Below, one piece after another: positions 20,981-21,420 of a stretch of 21,420 bases of DNA. A program made the translations under genes and the position numbers. The DNA is from an uncultured Actinomycetes bacterium (GTDB taxonomy: Bacteria > Actinomycetota > Acidimicrobiia > Spongiisociales > DATADW01): contig CAWGRK010000002.1 of assembly GCA_963824995.1 (NCBI GenBank), positions 310,001-331,420 on the forward strand. The letters are read 5' to 3'. Under the pieces are notes generated by a model. That model worked only from the letters and a program-made list of their open reading frames with translations. It was not told where the DNA came from and made no database searches. Each line of letters begins with the position of its first letter. Positions within the stretch are counted from its first letter, which is position 1.

Positions 20981-21420
20981 ACGAGCGGCGCGATCCCGAT
21001 GGCGGGCGGATGGCGTCGGCGAGGATCGGCGGGGCGGAGGCCCGCCCCGGTGCCCGCGATGAAGCCGAGAGCGAGGACTATCCCCGGAACAACCCCCTGC
21101 CCATCCGGGCCAGGCGGGGGCGAGGGTCGTGATGATGATGGCACCGCCAGGAAAATCCAGACCCGTAGGCGCTCGACAGTGGAAGACATGGATGGCGCGG
21201 ACCATCGGCTCCACGCCTCGTATCCAACGGGTCCGCGCCGACTCACGGGTCTGTGCCGCCCACTCCTGCACCGTGAGACGGAAGATCAGCGCGACCAGCC
21301 AGAGCGCCCCGCTCCCAACCCGAAGAGACCCAGCGCCGGATCGACGACGTCGTCTCACCGTTCGGTGATCAGCAAGGCCGCCAGAAGCGCCATTCCGAGC
21401 GTCGTGACCGTCACCCCTAC
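20977..21420 (-). CDS. Membrane protein, partial and frameshifted
   Basis: Several hydrophobic segments (GMALLAALLI, ALWLVALIFRL, GIVLALGFIAG); runs off the window. Confidence 0.5.

Overview
High-GC, actinobacterial-type DNA (WhiB, a PafBC-type promoter and an actinobacterial M23 are present; a more precise taxon is not determinable). It has three parts. (1) 1-6111 is clean core genome: a xanthine dehydrogenase/CoxL form II-like Mo-binding subunit, two tandem translationally coupled GAPDH genes (the upstream one lacks the catalytic Cys and substrate-binding residues), an M23 peptidase, nadD, rsfS and tRNA-Ala(GGC) with its terminator. (2) ~6150-14000, directly after the tRNA, is a phage-satellite/PICI-like or defective prophage module. 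It runs excisionase-like HTH, DUF3987/YfjI helicase-like gene, inverted-iteron origin candidate, two methyltransferases, VRR-NUC, DUF4326, three unknown genes, HNH, a palindromic cos-like region and a Zn-finger gene, followed by MuF and WhiB pieces and a strongly structured intergenic segment. No integrase, capsid, portal, large terminase or attR was recognised. (3) ~14000-21420 holds accessory or metabolic genes (DUF4262 behind a PafBC/RecA-NDp promoter, VOC protein, LipJ-like hydrolase-cyclase, two unidentified genes, two SDRs, a membrane protein). Indel density rises sharply after ~5950, most consistent with low-coverage long-read error, so frameshifts should not be taken as true pseudogenes. 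All family calls come from motif recognition by eye; no database search was run.
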